From contig OZ244252.1 of assembly GCA_965217185.1 (NCBI GenBank), forward strand, positions 1,792,001 to 1,856,000: DNA of 64,000 nucleotides. The letters run 5' to 3'. The translations under genes were made by a program, and so were the position numbers. The notes under the pieces are model-generated. The model saw only the letters and a list, made by a program, of their open reading frames with translations. It did not search any database and was not told the DNA's origin. The DNA is from an uncultured Candidatus Entotheonella sp. (GTDB lineage: Bacteria > Tectomicrobia > Entotheonellia > Entotheonellales > Entotheonellaceae). The stretch's first letter is position 1; each line of letters opens with the position of its first letter. Of this stretch, positions 20,649-30,874 are shown piece after piece.

Positions 20649-22373
20649 ATGGAGGTACCGCTGTCGCCTGAAACCCTGGCCGCCCAGGCCATGGGCGCGG
20701 CAGACCCGGAAACCGGCGCCCTGGTGCCGCCGCTGCATACCGCCACCACCTACGAAATGCATCCCGATGGCTCCCTGACCGACGGACGCGCCTACACCCG
20801 CGCCGACAACCCCACCTACGATCCCGCCGAACAACTGATCAACACCCTGGAAGGCGGCGCCGGCTGCATCCTGTTCGCCTCCGGCAACGCCGCCGCCACG
20901 GCGGTGTTCCAGGCTCTGCTGCCCGGCGATCACGTGCTGGTGAGCCGCATCCTCTACTGGGGCATTCGCAAGTGGCTGGCGGAGTTCGCCGTCACCTGGG
21001 GCCTGGACGTCGAATTCGTCGAGGTGACGGACCTTGAGGCCCTAAGCTCTGCCATCCGTCCCGGCGTCACCCGCCTGTTGTGGCTGGAGACACCGGCCAA
21101 TCCGACGTGGGAGATCACCGACATTGCCGCGGCCGCCGAGATCGCGCACGCAGCCCAAGTCTGCGTGGCGGTAGACAACACGGTGCCGACGCCGGTGTTG
21201 ACGCGGCCCCTTGAATTGGGCGCTGACCTGGTGGTGCACTCGGCCACCAAGTATCTCAACGGCCACAGCGACGTGCTGGCCGGCGCGGTGGTCACGGCGC
21301 GGCTCGACCCGTTGTGGGAGCGCATCCGCTCCTGGCGCCGCAACGCCGGAGCGATGCTCGGGCCGTTCGAGGCATGGCTGCTGCAGCGCGGCATGCGCAC
21401 CCTGTTCGTACGGGTGCGGCGCGCCTCGGAAACAGCGTTGACGCTGGCGCAGCAATTGGAAGGTCATCCGGCGCTCAAGGCGGTGCTGTATCCGGGATTG
21501 CCCTCGCATCCGGGTTATGAAATCGCGGCGCGGCAGATGCACGGGGGGTTTGGCGGCATGCTGTCGATCCGGGTTGCCGGCGGCAAGGAGCAGGCGTTGG
21601 CCGTGGCCGCGGCGGCGCGGGTATTCAAGCGCGCCACCTCGCTCGGCGGCGTGGAAAGCCTGATTGAGCACCGATTGAGCACCGAAGGCCCCTCCTCGCC
21701 GGTGCCGGGGGATCTGCTGCGGCTGTCGGTCGGCCTGGAGACGCCGGAGGACCTGCTGGCGGATCTGACCGCCGCGCTCGATGCGTCGAGGCGTGTGCGC
21801 ACCGCTGTGCCATCGGAACCAACCCCAACGGCGGAGACGGTGCCCGAGGTCGTAGCGGCAGTACAGGGCGTGGTGGAGCGCAGCGTCGCGCCGCTGATCA
21901 TCGCGCGCGGCGGCAGGGTGCGGCTGGTGTCGGTCGATAACGGGGTCGTGACCCTGGAGGCCAGCGGGTCCCCCGGTGCCGTTTTGCCGGCTGAGGCGCA
22001 CGTAAGGTCGCTTCTGTGCAGCACGGTCGCCGAGGTCACGGACGTGCGGCTGGTCTGGCCTGGAGATGCGGCTGCGGCTGAGGCTGATACGGATGCGGCG
22101 GCTTTGTCGGAGCGCGTGCAGGCCATCCTGGAGGCGGAAATCAATCCCGCCGTCGCCGTGCACGGCGGCCGGGTGACCTTGGTCGAGGCGCAGGCTGACC
22201 GCATCACCATCCGCCTGGAGGACGGCTGCCAGGGCTGCAACCTCGCCATTGTCACCGTCCGGCAAGGCATCGAGCCCCTGCTGCGCGCCCGCCTGGGACG
22301 TGATGTGACTGTCATCGACGCGACCGATCACGCGGCCGGGACCTCACCCTTTTTCACGCCCTCGAAACGGTGA
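20649..22373 (+). CDS. Cystathionine gamma-synthase/lyase-family PLP enzyme fused to two NifU-C-like domains
   Basis: YTRADNPT, ETPANPT, HSATKYLNGHSD, ATSLGGVESL, then VAPLIIARGGRV and INPAVAVHGG...GCQGC...DATDH. Confidence 0.85.
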   Translation: MEVPLSPETLAAQAMGAADPETGALVPPLHTATTYEMHPDGSLTDGRAYTRADNPTYDPAEQLINTLEGGAGCILFASGNAAATAVFQALLPGDHVLVSRILYWGIRKWLAEFAVTWGLDVEFVEVTDLEALSSAIRPGVTRLLWLETPANPTWEITDIAAAAEIAHAAQVCVAVDNTVPTPVLTRPLELGADLVVHSATKYLNGHSDVLAGAVVTARLDPLWERIRSWRRNAGAMLGPFEAWLLQRGMRTLFVRVRRASETALTLAQQLEGHPALKAVLYPGLPSHPGYEIAARQMHGGFGGMLSIRVAGGKEQALAVAAAARVFKRATSLGGVESLIEHRLSTEGPSSPVPGDLLRLSVGLETPEDLLADLTAALDASRRVRTAVPSEPTPTAETVPEVVAAVQGVVERSVAPLIIARGGRVRLVSVDNGVVTLEASGSPGAVLPAEAHVRSLLCSTVAEVTDVRLVWPGDAAAAEADTDAAALSERVQAILEAEINPAVAVHGGRVTLVEAQADRITIRLEDGCQGCNLAIVTVRQGIEPLLRARLGRDVTVIDATDHAAGTSPFFTPSKR

Positions 22374-22414
22374 AGAACAGTTATTGACGGAAATTTCATA
22401 GGGAGGAGCAACCC

Positions 22415-23806
22415 ATGGAACAAGGATACGACCCGGATGGCGAGCGGCTGCCGATCAAGGTGGATTCAACGTCGAACGGCGAGTTTGTGCCGATTCCGCT
22501 GACCGCGAGGCAGCGCGAGGCGAATCGGCTGGCGCGGCAGCAGGCGGCGGAGCATGCCAAGCGGGTGGGTATGGGACGCCGGGCGTTTCTGATATCGGCG
22601 TGCGGCGCGGCGAGCACGTTGTTGGCGTTCAACGCCGTCAACGCCGCGGCAGGCAAACGGGGCGGCACGTTCGAGCTGACAGCCGAGGCGGCCGTGGACC
22701 CGGAGGCGGCGGCGCAAGCGCTGGGCGGCAAGGAGTTCATCTTCGACGTGCAGGGCCACTTCATCGGCGAGGCGGCGTTGCGGCCGGGCAGCCCGCGCGG
22801 GCCGAAGAATTTCATCAAGGACGTGTTTCTCGACAGCGACACCGACATGATGGTGCTGTCGTTCGTGCCGTCGCGCCGCGACAGCGAGCCGTTGACCATC
22901 CGCGAGGCCGACGCGGTACGGCAGATCGTGGACGACCTGGAAGGGTCGCACCGCCTGCTGCTGCACGGGCGGGTCAACCCGAACCAGGCCGGCGACATCG
23001 AGGGCATGGACGAATTGGCCGAACGCTGGGGCGTTTCGGCCTGGAAGACCTACACGCAGTGGGGTCCCGACGGGAGGGGCTATTTTCTGTCCGACCCGGA
23101 CACCGGCATCCCGTTCATCGAGAAGGCGCGCAGCCTGGGCGTCAGGGTCATCTGCATCCACAAGGGCATTCCCTTCGGCGGGCGGTCGTACGAGCACAGC
23201 CTGTGCGACGACGTAGGGGTGGTGGCCAGGCAATTCCCGGACGTGAGCTTCATCATCTACCATTCGGGCTGGGTGCCGGGACATCCGGAACGGGCCTATG
23301 AGCCGAACGCCAAGCTGGACGGCGTCGACTCGCTGGTGCGCTCGCTGCTGGACAACAGGGTGCCGCCGAACAGCAACGTCTACGCCGAGCTCGGCAGCAC
23401 GTGGCGAGGTGTGATGGGCGACCCGGACAGCGCCGCCCATTGCCTGGGGAAGCTCTTCAAGTACGTGGGGGAAAACAACGTCTTGTGGGGAACGGACTCG
23501 ATCTGGTACGGCTCGCCGCAGGATCAGATCCAGGCGTTTCGCACCTTCCAGATCGCGCCGGGATTCCAGGAGCGCTACGGCTACCCGGCGATCACGCCCC
23601 AACTACGCGCCAAGGTTTTTGGCCTCAATGCCACCAAGCCGTACAAAGTCAGCGCCGACGAGGTGCTGAAACGGGCCGGCCGCGACGCCATCGCCGCCCA
23701 GCGCTTCGCCTACGGGGAAAGCCCCGACCCGCATTTCCTTACCTTCGGGCCGAAAACCCGCCGCGAGTTCAACCGCCTCGTGCGCTTGCACGGCGGCCTT
23801 GTCTAG
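22415..23806 (+). CDS. Amidohydrolase_2-family protein with Tat-like motif
   Basis: GRRAFL, DVQGH, CIHKG, IYHSG, LWGTD. Confidence 0.88.
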   Translation: MEQGYDPDGERLPIKVDSTSNGEFVPIPLTARQREANRLARQQAAEHAKRVGMGRRAFLISACGAASTLLAFNAVNAAAGKRGGTFELTAEAAVDPEAAAQALGGKEFIFDVQGHFIGEAALRPGSPRGPKNFIKDVFLDSDTDMMVLSFVPSRRDSEPLTIREADAVRQIVDDLEGSHRLLLHGRVNPNQAGDIEGMDELAERWGVSAWKTYTQWGPDGRGYFLSDPDTGIPFIEKARSLGVRVICIHKGIPFGGRSYEHSLCDDVGVVARQFPDVSFIIYHSGWVPGHPERAYEPNAKLDGVDSLVRSLLDNRVPPNSNVYAELGSTWRGVMGDPDSAAHCLGKLFKYVGENNVLWGTDSIWYGSPQDQIQAFRTFQIAPGFQERYGYPAITPQLRAKVFGLNATKPYKVSADEVLKRAGRDAIAAQRFAYGESPDPHFLTFGPKTRREFNRLVRLHGGLV

Positions 23807-23961
23807 GCAGCGTGGCACAATGTCAGTTTACACTTCACTATTTACCGAATTTACCGAAATAATTGAGGGGCGCCGCGGCGAACCGCCCCTGTGAACTGCT
23901 CGGGTGGGCGGGGCGCCAGCAGGCCGATTCCTCGGAAGCCGACGCCTCGCCCACCGCCTGT

Positions 23962-24399
23962 CTATTGTTCCTGCGGAATGAAGTCGGCGGCAACCGACTG
24001 CTGGAGCATCAGGACACAATCTTCCGGCCCGACGCACGCGTCGCCGTGCATCTCGCCGCCCGGCTGGAAGACGTAAGAGCCTGGCGGCAGCTCGCGCACT
24101 TCACCGGTTTCGATGAAGGTGTGTTTCCATGTCCCGGTCAGATTAACGCCGTGATAATCCCCCGTGTGGGCGTGGTTCGGCGCCACGAACCCTGCGGGCA
24201 GTTTGATGAGTCGGACATTAGCACCCGTGCTCGGATCACCCCGAAGCACCGCGACGCTCACCGGCGTGCCTTCGATCAGAGACCATTCGACCTCGTCGAG
24301 CGCGACCATCGATCCATGGTCCTTATGGGCGGCGGTGTAGGCCAGACCCGCTGCGGCGAGCAGTACGACGGCTACGAACAGAAACGATTTCCTTGCCAT
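23962..24399 (-). CDS. Secreted cupin (DUF4437/ChrR-like) protein
   Basis: Signal peptide; PNHAHTGDYHGV, PGSYVFQPGGEMHGDAC. Confidence 0.85.
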   Translation of the reverse strand: MARKSFLFVAVVLLAAAGLAYTAAHKDHGSMVALDEVEWSLIEGTPVSVAVLRGDPSTGANVRLIKLPAGFVAPNHAHTGDYHGVNLTGTWKHTFIETGEVRELPPGSYVFQPGGEMHGDACVGPEDCVLMLQQSVAADFIPQEQ

Positions 24400-24419
24400 T
24401 ACGTTCAACTCCTTTGGAA

Positions 24420-25738
24420 CAATACTTCGGACAGTCCTCAAGCCGCCCTGTCAGAGATGGTGCCATAGTTGCAAAGGTCTTGGTAATCGGGGCTGGATTT
24501 TTCCAGGCTATGACCCTGGGCTAAATGACGAGAAATTCGCTCCAGCAGATGTTGGTTGAAAGCGCGCCGTTTGAGACTCGCCATGGAAAACCCTGCCTGG
24601 GCACCGCCGCGTTGCTGAAGCGCTTCCAGCTTGCCCAAGGTCAGAGCACTCATGCTGGCATTGAAGTGAAAATGCAGCTTGGCTTGCGAGCGCGCTTGAC
24701 AGGCACTCAGAGACGTAAATTGCTTGGCGTCCCTGAAGAGAAACTCGATTTGGAAGCGTGCTTTGTATCCACGATAAAGCGTCTGCGCATCCAAGTCGGT
24801 ATCGCTGCTGAACAGGACCGCCCGCCGCTGGGTGCGGGTATCGACGACGAGCACCACACGCAGATTGCGCCGAAGATGGACGTGGTTGAGGAGTTGATGG
24901 TAGAGCACCACGTCGTCGTCTTCGCCCTGTACCCGTTCAAAGCGTGACAGGTCGTCCCACTGGACCTTACCGTCATAGGTCTTGGGTCGCCCCGGTCCTG
25001 AGCGCCCCGGTCCTTGGTAGAGATAGCGCAGATTGGCGTCACGGCGCAGTTTGCCAATCTGGTGCATCCCCAGGGCGCGAACCCCATCGAGGAATTTACG
25101 CTTGCTGTAATAGCCATCCGCTATCACATAGCGTAGATGACCCAGGTGATGGTCACAGACCACACGCTGCAATTGCTCCAGATAGGCATCGATGCGTGTG
25201 CCTTGCGGCTCCGAGGTCTTGTCGCTTGGGGGTGTCTGCTCGACACTGAGGCCATAGGCGCATCTGTCGGTGATGTCGAGCCCAGGCTACAGCAGAGACT
25301 TCCAGACCTTTTTCACTGCGCCGCTGGCGGCTGTTCCAGAAGCGTTCAAGGCCATAGGTGTGGGTGCCGCTTTTGGGGATAAAGCTGGCATCGATAACGA
25401 GGGCCTGCTGATGGTCGGGCGCCATCACCTGGGTAATCGCTGCTTTGTTGAGTGCGACAAAGTCAAACGGGCGTCCATACCACCGCGCAAACGTACGTTC
25501 GTGATAGGAACTGTAGCGGCTGAGATTACGAAACGTGGCGTGGCCGGGAAGCATCAGCACAAGCCCCAGCAGATGGGTAATGAACTTTCGTTGCGGTTTC
25601 TTGGTTTGGGGCAAGGTCGCAAGTACACTCTGAAGCAGTCGCACGGAGCACCTCCATTCTCGGTTGCGTTGGCTAACACAACTCTAGAATTGGAGGGCTC
25701 GTGCGGCTACCTCTTTGTCAAAACTGTCCGAAGTATTG
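24420..25738 (-). mobile_element. Insertion sequence (IS4-superfamily DDE, IS701/ISH3-like)
   Basis: Perfect 16-bp TIR CAATACTTCGGACAGT (24420-24435 / 25723-25738); 6-bp TSD TTGGAA (24414-24419, 25739-25744). Confidence 0.92.
24438..25644 (-). pseudogene. DDE transposase with a one-base frameshift
   Basis: LVIDASF, VIADGYY and YKARFQIEFLFRDAKQ are split over two ORFs. Removing one G at 25281-25283 joins them (AVAW-LDITDRCAY). Confidence 0.88.
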
Positions 25739-25784
25739 TTGGAAAACGCGATTGTCAAATCCAGGTCGTCTCACACCAGGACAC

Positions 25785-25822
25785 AAAAAAAGAGCCACCG
25801 GCAAATTGCGGTGGCCCCTTTT
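25785..25822. terminator. Probable bidirectional terminator
   Basis: A7-GAGCCACCG...CGGTGGCCCC-TTTT hairpin. Confidence 0.55.
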
Positions 25823-26680
25823 GCACTGATCGAGCATCGACAGGACTTGGTGAAGGAATTACAACTCAAATGGAAACTGTCAGACACAACCGATGATTCC
25901 CCATGTTCGTCGTTCGACCTGCACGGTACGCCGTCTCGAGCATCGGGAACGCCACTTCGTCGGCCCTGAACCCTCCCAGCGCAGCCGCACCCACGTGCCG
26001 CAGTTCACGTCCTGCACCGGTCCGCCACGCCAACGAACGTAATTACCGCTTCACCCCGAAAGCCCCGAAATAAATGGGCGTCTCAAATGCCCCGGACGCC
26101 TCGTCGGCCTGCGGGCCCAGAAAGGTCCCTTCCATTCGGGAGCCCGCACCGGCCGGCAAGTCCGTTCCGAAGGCGCCGTCAGAGCCAGAGGTGTCTATTT
26201 CGACCCTGTCAACGCCGTCGTTGTTCAAGAAAGCAACGTCGAGATGCAGGTTATACGAAAGACCACCCGCAGGGCTTGTCCCGATTGACCTCATGGTCAA
26301 AACGGCTGGCCCCCAAACCACATCGCCGGAAGCTTTTTCCATTCCCAGGGCGTCACCCCTCCATGCGGCATTCGGAAAAAGGAAATCCGGCTGGCCACCG
26401 TCCAAAGGTGGCCGGTACCTATGGTCAACCAGGTAGTCGTACCCCGCTCCAAAATACTCGCCGTCCGGCTGAACGTCGCTCCCGATCCAGAAGATCCCAT
26501 AATCCAGGATGCCATACACGGCTCTGGAATCGTTTCCCGGAGACACATACGTTCCTGGAGCCGGGCGCGCTTGAATCTTGGGAATGTCCGATGAAAGAGG
26601 CATCTCGTTCCAATAATCCCACTCTTTCGGGGAAGGGCTGTCGATGCGAGGTAGCCACAGCTTGCGATCATCCGCTGAAT

Positions 26681-28706
26681 GTCGGGTCGGAGGAGGCGCC
26701 CCATGGGGCTGGCCTCCGTCCGCCGCTCAAACGGCCCGTACGGTTTTCCCGTAAGCCGCTTTCACAAAGGTGTCGCACGAGGGTTCAAGGAAGGAACCAG
26801 CGAGATCAAGCGTACAAGCCCGTATTCGACGATAAGCCTGCGCTCCGGCAGGTCTCTCCACCCGCCGTTGCGCCATCGCTTGCGGCGATGCGACCAAATG
26901 CGCCGCACGATCCAGCCGTCAAGCTGAAGGAAGAGCCGGCGGACATGGGCCTTGCAGTAGTTACTGGCCCCAACCTCGAATGACCGGGTTGATCTGGCCG
27001 ATCAACTCCTGCGTACTGACTGGAGCCTTTCGACGGGTGCGCTTACGGATCTGGTCCTTGAAGTGCCGAATGGATCTCTCACGCGGAACCGCATAGCGCG
27101 TTCCCCCGTGAATCCCGCTCCTGATCTGCGAGGCTCGCAACCTGAGAGGCCGCTGGCCTTGCTTGATCTTGTAGCCGAGAAACTCAAACCCGTTTCTGAC
27201 ATGCACAATCCGGGTTTTCTCGGTGTGCAGGGTCACACCCAGCTTGGCCAGTATCCGCTTGGCCACGTCCAGTGCCGCACGGGCTTCCCCGCGGTTGCGG
27301 CACGTCAGCAGCCAGTCGTCGGCATACCGGGTCAGCCGATAGCCACGACGACGCATCTCCCAATCAAACGGGGTCAGCAAGATATTACTGAGCAGAGAGG
27401 AAACAACCCCGCCCTGAGGCGTGCCCTGTTCGGTCGGAAGCTTTCTGCCGTCAACTACCACTCCGGCCCTGAGTATCTGCCGAAGCAGGCCCAGGACGCG
27501 ACCGTCCGAAACTCGCTGGTTAACGAGCACAAGGAGCTTTTCGTGGTCCACGGACCCGAAAAAGTCTGACAGGTCCGCATCAACTACCCATTCAAACCCC
27601 TCGTCCAGTTCCCGCCATATCTTGCGCAGTGCTCCGTGGGCGGACCTCCCCCGCCGGTAGCCGTAGTTGGCATCATCGAATACCGGCTCGAAGATCGGCT
27701 CCAGTCGGTTCAGCAACGCCTGCTGGCATACCCGGTCATAGATCGTCGGGATACCCAGAGGACGAAACTTCCCCGGCTGGCCCGCCTTGGGAATCAGGCG
27801 TTGGAGAACCGGCTGCGGCACATAATCCCCGTCCCGCAACTCCCGGTGCAGACGGTCAAGGTTCGCATCAAGCGATGCCTCGAACGCCACCAAGTCTTCC
27901 CCATCCACGCCACCGGCACCCCGGTTGCGCTTCACCTTCTCCCAGGCCACCTCCAGATTCTTCCGCTTGTACACCTTGTCCACCAGTGAGTGGACCTTCC
28001 TGTCACCCGTCGGGTTGAGCCAGTCAACAAGTCTCCTCGGTCCGTGACGTCCGGGTCTTTCGCTCAGGGAACTTATCCGCGTCATAGCCCTTACTCGCTT
28101 ATTGCCTGTCTCGTACCGGCCACCTCTGCCAACCGCCTTCCCCGGCCCACCCGGCCGCCGCTTGCGCGGTCACCCGGCTTTCGCCGGGCTTCAGGTACTA
28201 TTCGGTTGTCCGATTGCTCGCCGTGCATCCTTTCCCACTTCGCCTCTCGGCTTATAGGGTCCGTTATCCCGGCGCCACCCGGAAACACGTCGAGCCCTCC
28301 TGGGGTCACGTCCAGATCTTCCGTACCGTGCCGTTCGCAAACACCCTGGTGCGACGGGTGGGTAAGAACGCCTTCGCCGTCATAATGCCGGCTCGACCTT
28401 GCCCCGTCTTTGGCCGACCGATTCATCGTGGGGCAGCCCCCTTGATTACGGCCCGGTACTTCTCCGCAAGCCCTTCGGATTCCACCTCGCGGTGGACACC
28501 CTGCCCTCCGGTTTGTCTCTCGACAGCGAGCCGACTTAGCTCCACCCTTGGCTGTTTCCGCCGTTTCCGGCTTTGTGCCCGTTTAGGGTCTCGCTTATCA
28601 ACTCACCCCGGCCAGTGAGGCATTACCCCCACTTTTGGATATGACGCCCCTTACCCGGGCGTCAGTGGGACTTGAACCCACCTGATCTGGGCGCTGCCCA
28701 GCACAC
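26681..28706 (-). mobile_element. RT-encoding group II intron
   Basis: 5' GTGTGC at 28706 (alternative 28708); DV AAAGCGGCTTACGGGAAAACCGTACGGGCCGTTT; DVI ending CCTCCGACCCGAC at 26681. Confidence 0.9.
26762..28085 (-). pseudogene. ltrA: Group II intron RT/maturase, no endonuclease domain, frameshifted in domain X
   Basis: GAGGVDG, RPLGIPT, VDADLSDFF, GTPQGGVVS, RYADD. Stop at 26961 arises from one extra A (GWGQ TAAC TAC); the corrected frame continues YYCKAHVRR...LISLVPS to TGA at 26762. Confidence 0.9.
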
Positions 28707-28950
28707 ACGACGTGCGTTCTGACTTCACCGCGCGAGTTCACCGCGCGAGGCGGCAACAAGAAACACGTCGCGGGCAGTCGTGCCCGCCTCGCCTGGCAAC
28801 AGCCAATCTATGGTCGTCAGCGACTCGGGCATGGATTGCGTCATCGCCCGCCCGCCCCCGCAGCCAGACGACGCCAGCGCAAATGCGCAAACCGCCAGCA
28901 GAACCATCGCGTTGTTAAACACTTTGAACATCTCTCCTATCTCAACAACG

Positions 28951-28980
28951 GTAGATCGGATTAGCAAAGCGTAATGCGAT
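28951..28980 (+). repeat. Degenerate GTAG-type REP palindrome
   Basis: GTAGATCGGATTAGCAAAGCGTAATGCGAT, similar to the 11461 and 33552 copies. Confidence 0.6.
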
Positions 28981-29025
28981 ATTCCACTTGCCTACCCTGG
29001 CTGAAACTGTCACGCGACCGGCACC

Positions 29026-29442
29026 TTACGCCGGCTCGAACATCGGAAGCGCCACCTCCTCGGCGCCCTGATCATCCCAGCGCAGCCGTACCCGCATGCC
29101 GCATTTCACCTCCTGCACCGGATCCGCCACACCGACGATGTTCGACATGATCCGAAAGCCCTCGTCGAGGTCCACGTATGCCACCGCGTAGGCGCCCAGG
29201 TCGGCAAAGGCCGGGTGGCGGCTCTGCATGATGACACTGAAGGTGTACACCGTCCCCTCGCCTTTGGAGACGTGCCAGGTGGTATCGCGCCCGCCACATT
29301 CGGGGCAGTGGCGGCGCGGGTAGAAGATGACGGCGTGACACCCGTTACAGGTCTGGTACGTCAGCTCACGGCGCTTGGTGGCGTCCCAGAAAGGCTGCGT
29401 GTCCGGCTCGGGAAAACGGGGTTGGGGTCGTGGTGCGGCCAT
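29026..29442 (-). CDS. Zn-ribbon/OB-fold protein (DUF35, ChsH2-like)
   Basis: PFWDA, CNGC...YPR..CPEC, GTVYTFS, VDLDEG. Confidence 0.93.
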   Translation of the reverse strand: MAAPRPQPRFPEPDTQPFWDATKRRELTYQTCNGCHAVIFYPRRHCPECGGRDTTWHVSKGEGTVYTFSVIMQSRHPAFADLGAYAVAYVDLDEGFRIMSNIVGVADPVQEVKCGMRVRLRWDDQGAEEVALPMFEPA

Positions 29443-29494
29443 GATCGTCCTTTCTCCTATTGGTATGGCGTTATGTCAAAGGGGTTCGCGAGGA

Positions 29495-30685
29495 TCAGTC
29501 GGCGGCCAGAATGGTGACCGCGGTGGCGTGACGGGAACCGAGCTGGCCGCCGTTGCCCACCGCAACGGCCAGCTTGGCGTCGTTCACCTGCGAAGTGGAC
29601 TCGCCGCGCAACTGCCGGGCGGCCTCGATCAACAGGAAGATGCCGCGCTGCCCAGGGTGGTTCGACGACAACCCGCCGCCGTCGGTATTCAAGGCCGGCT
29701 TGCGCGGATCGTCGAACACCAGGTGGCCCTCGCTCACGTATGCCCCGCCCTCGCCCTTGGCGCAGAATCCCAGATCTTCGATGAGGCACATGACGGTAAT
29801 GCTGAAGGAGTCGTAGGCCATCAGCACGTCGATCTCGGCGGGCGTCACGCCGGCTTCGCCAAACGCCGGGGAGGCGGCCTGCGCCCCGGCGCTGACGGTG
29901 ATGTCGCCGCCGTTCTCGCGGTACTTGGTGGCCTCACCGGTGCCGATGATCCACACCGGCTTCTTGCGGGTGTTGCGGACCACTTCGGGGGACGCAATGA
30001 CCACCGCGCCGCCGCCGTCTGACACCATGCAGCACTCCAGCAGGTGTAACGGGTAGGCAATCAGGCGCGACTCCAGCACGTCGCTGACGGTGATCTCGCG
30101 CACCCCCACAAACTGCAGGTCGGTCATCGCCTGTACGGCTTCCGGGTTGCGCATGGCGTGGCGCCGCGTGGCCACGGAGATGTGGGCGAACTGCGCGTCC
30201 GTGGTGCCGTACTGGTGCATGTGGCGGTTTTTCACCATGGCGTAATTGCCGATGAGCGTCAGGCCCCACGGGTCTTCCATGTTGTTGACCAACGTTGACG
30301 GCCCGGCACTGGTGGCGCCCGCGGTGCCGATGGCGCGGCGGTCGGAATGGGCGGTGGCGCCATAGGTCAGCAGGGCCACGTTGCACTTGCCCGCGGCGAT
30401 CATGTTGAGGGCGTGGTTGGCCTGAAACTCGAAGGAGCTCCCGCCCACGTAGGTCGTATCAATGAGCCGGGGCTTGAGGCCGAAATACTCCGCGATGGCC
30501 AGCCCGCTGATGCCCTGATCGCCCCCAGTGTCGTACACCGCGTCGACGTCCTGCCAGTTCAGCCCGGCGTCTTCGAGGCTGCGCGCAGCGCACTCCGCTT
30601 TGATTTGCAGGGCGCTGACACTGCCGTCCACGCGCAAGGGATATTCATGAATTCCAACAATAGCGGCGTCTCTCCGCTGCGCCAT
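29495..30685 (-). CDS. Thiolase-like (SCP-x/Ltp2 type) protein
   Basis: GGSS, CCMVSDGGGA, YDSF, NTDGGGLS, QLRGE; paired with DUF35. Confidence 0.9.
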   Translation of the reverse strand: MAQRRDAAIVGIHEYPLRVDGSVSALQIKAECAARSLEDAGLNWQDVDAVYDTGGDQGISGLAIAEYFGLKPRLIDTTYVGGSSFEFQANHALNMIAAGKCNVALLTYGATAHSDRRAIGTAGATSAGPSTLVNNMEDPWGLTLIGNYAMVKNRHMHQYGTTDAQFAHISVATRRHAMRNPEAVQAMTDLQFVGVREITVSDVLESRLIAYPLHLLECCMVSDGGGAVVIASPEVVRNTRKKPVWIIGTGEATKYRENGGDITVSAGAQAASPAFGEAGVTPAEIDVLMAYDSFSITVMCLIEDLGFCAKGEGGAYVSEGHLVFDDPRKPALNTDGGGLSSNHPGQRGIFLLIEAARQLRGESTSQVNDAKLAVAVGNGGQLGSRHATAVTILAAD

Positions 30686-30874
30686 TGACGACTCCTTTCT
30701 CTCCTGATGAGGCGGGTTCAAAGCTTGCTAGCCGAAGGGGGCGTCAACGTACCACGCAGCCCCAGGGCCGTCAACGCAAGGCGTTTGCATTCACCGCCCC
30801 GTTCGTGTAGCTTACCGGCCCTGTTCAGCCTCGCCCAGAAACATCAGTTTGACTTCACGAGCGGGCAGCCAGCC

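Larger units (their letters stand above)
26043..28931 (-). pseudogene. Lipoprotein with C-terminal TbpB-like beta-barrel, interrupted by a group II intron and a short duplication
   Basis: Exon 1 from ATG 28931 with lipobox ASSGC. Exon 2 (26680-26043) ends MEGTFLGPQADEASGAFETPIYFGAFGVKR. Tandem TTCACCGCGCGAG x2 (28724-28749) causes a premature stop. Confidence 0.75.

Noticed and set aside
23840..23860. TTTACCGAA tandem repeat as a regulator site
   Set aside because: It lies between convergent genes and is too short to support a function.
26961..28085. RT as a DGR, retron or defence RT
   Set aside because: It has group II motifs and domain X, and is embedded in an RNA with DV/DVI; no TR/VR pair seen.
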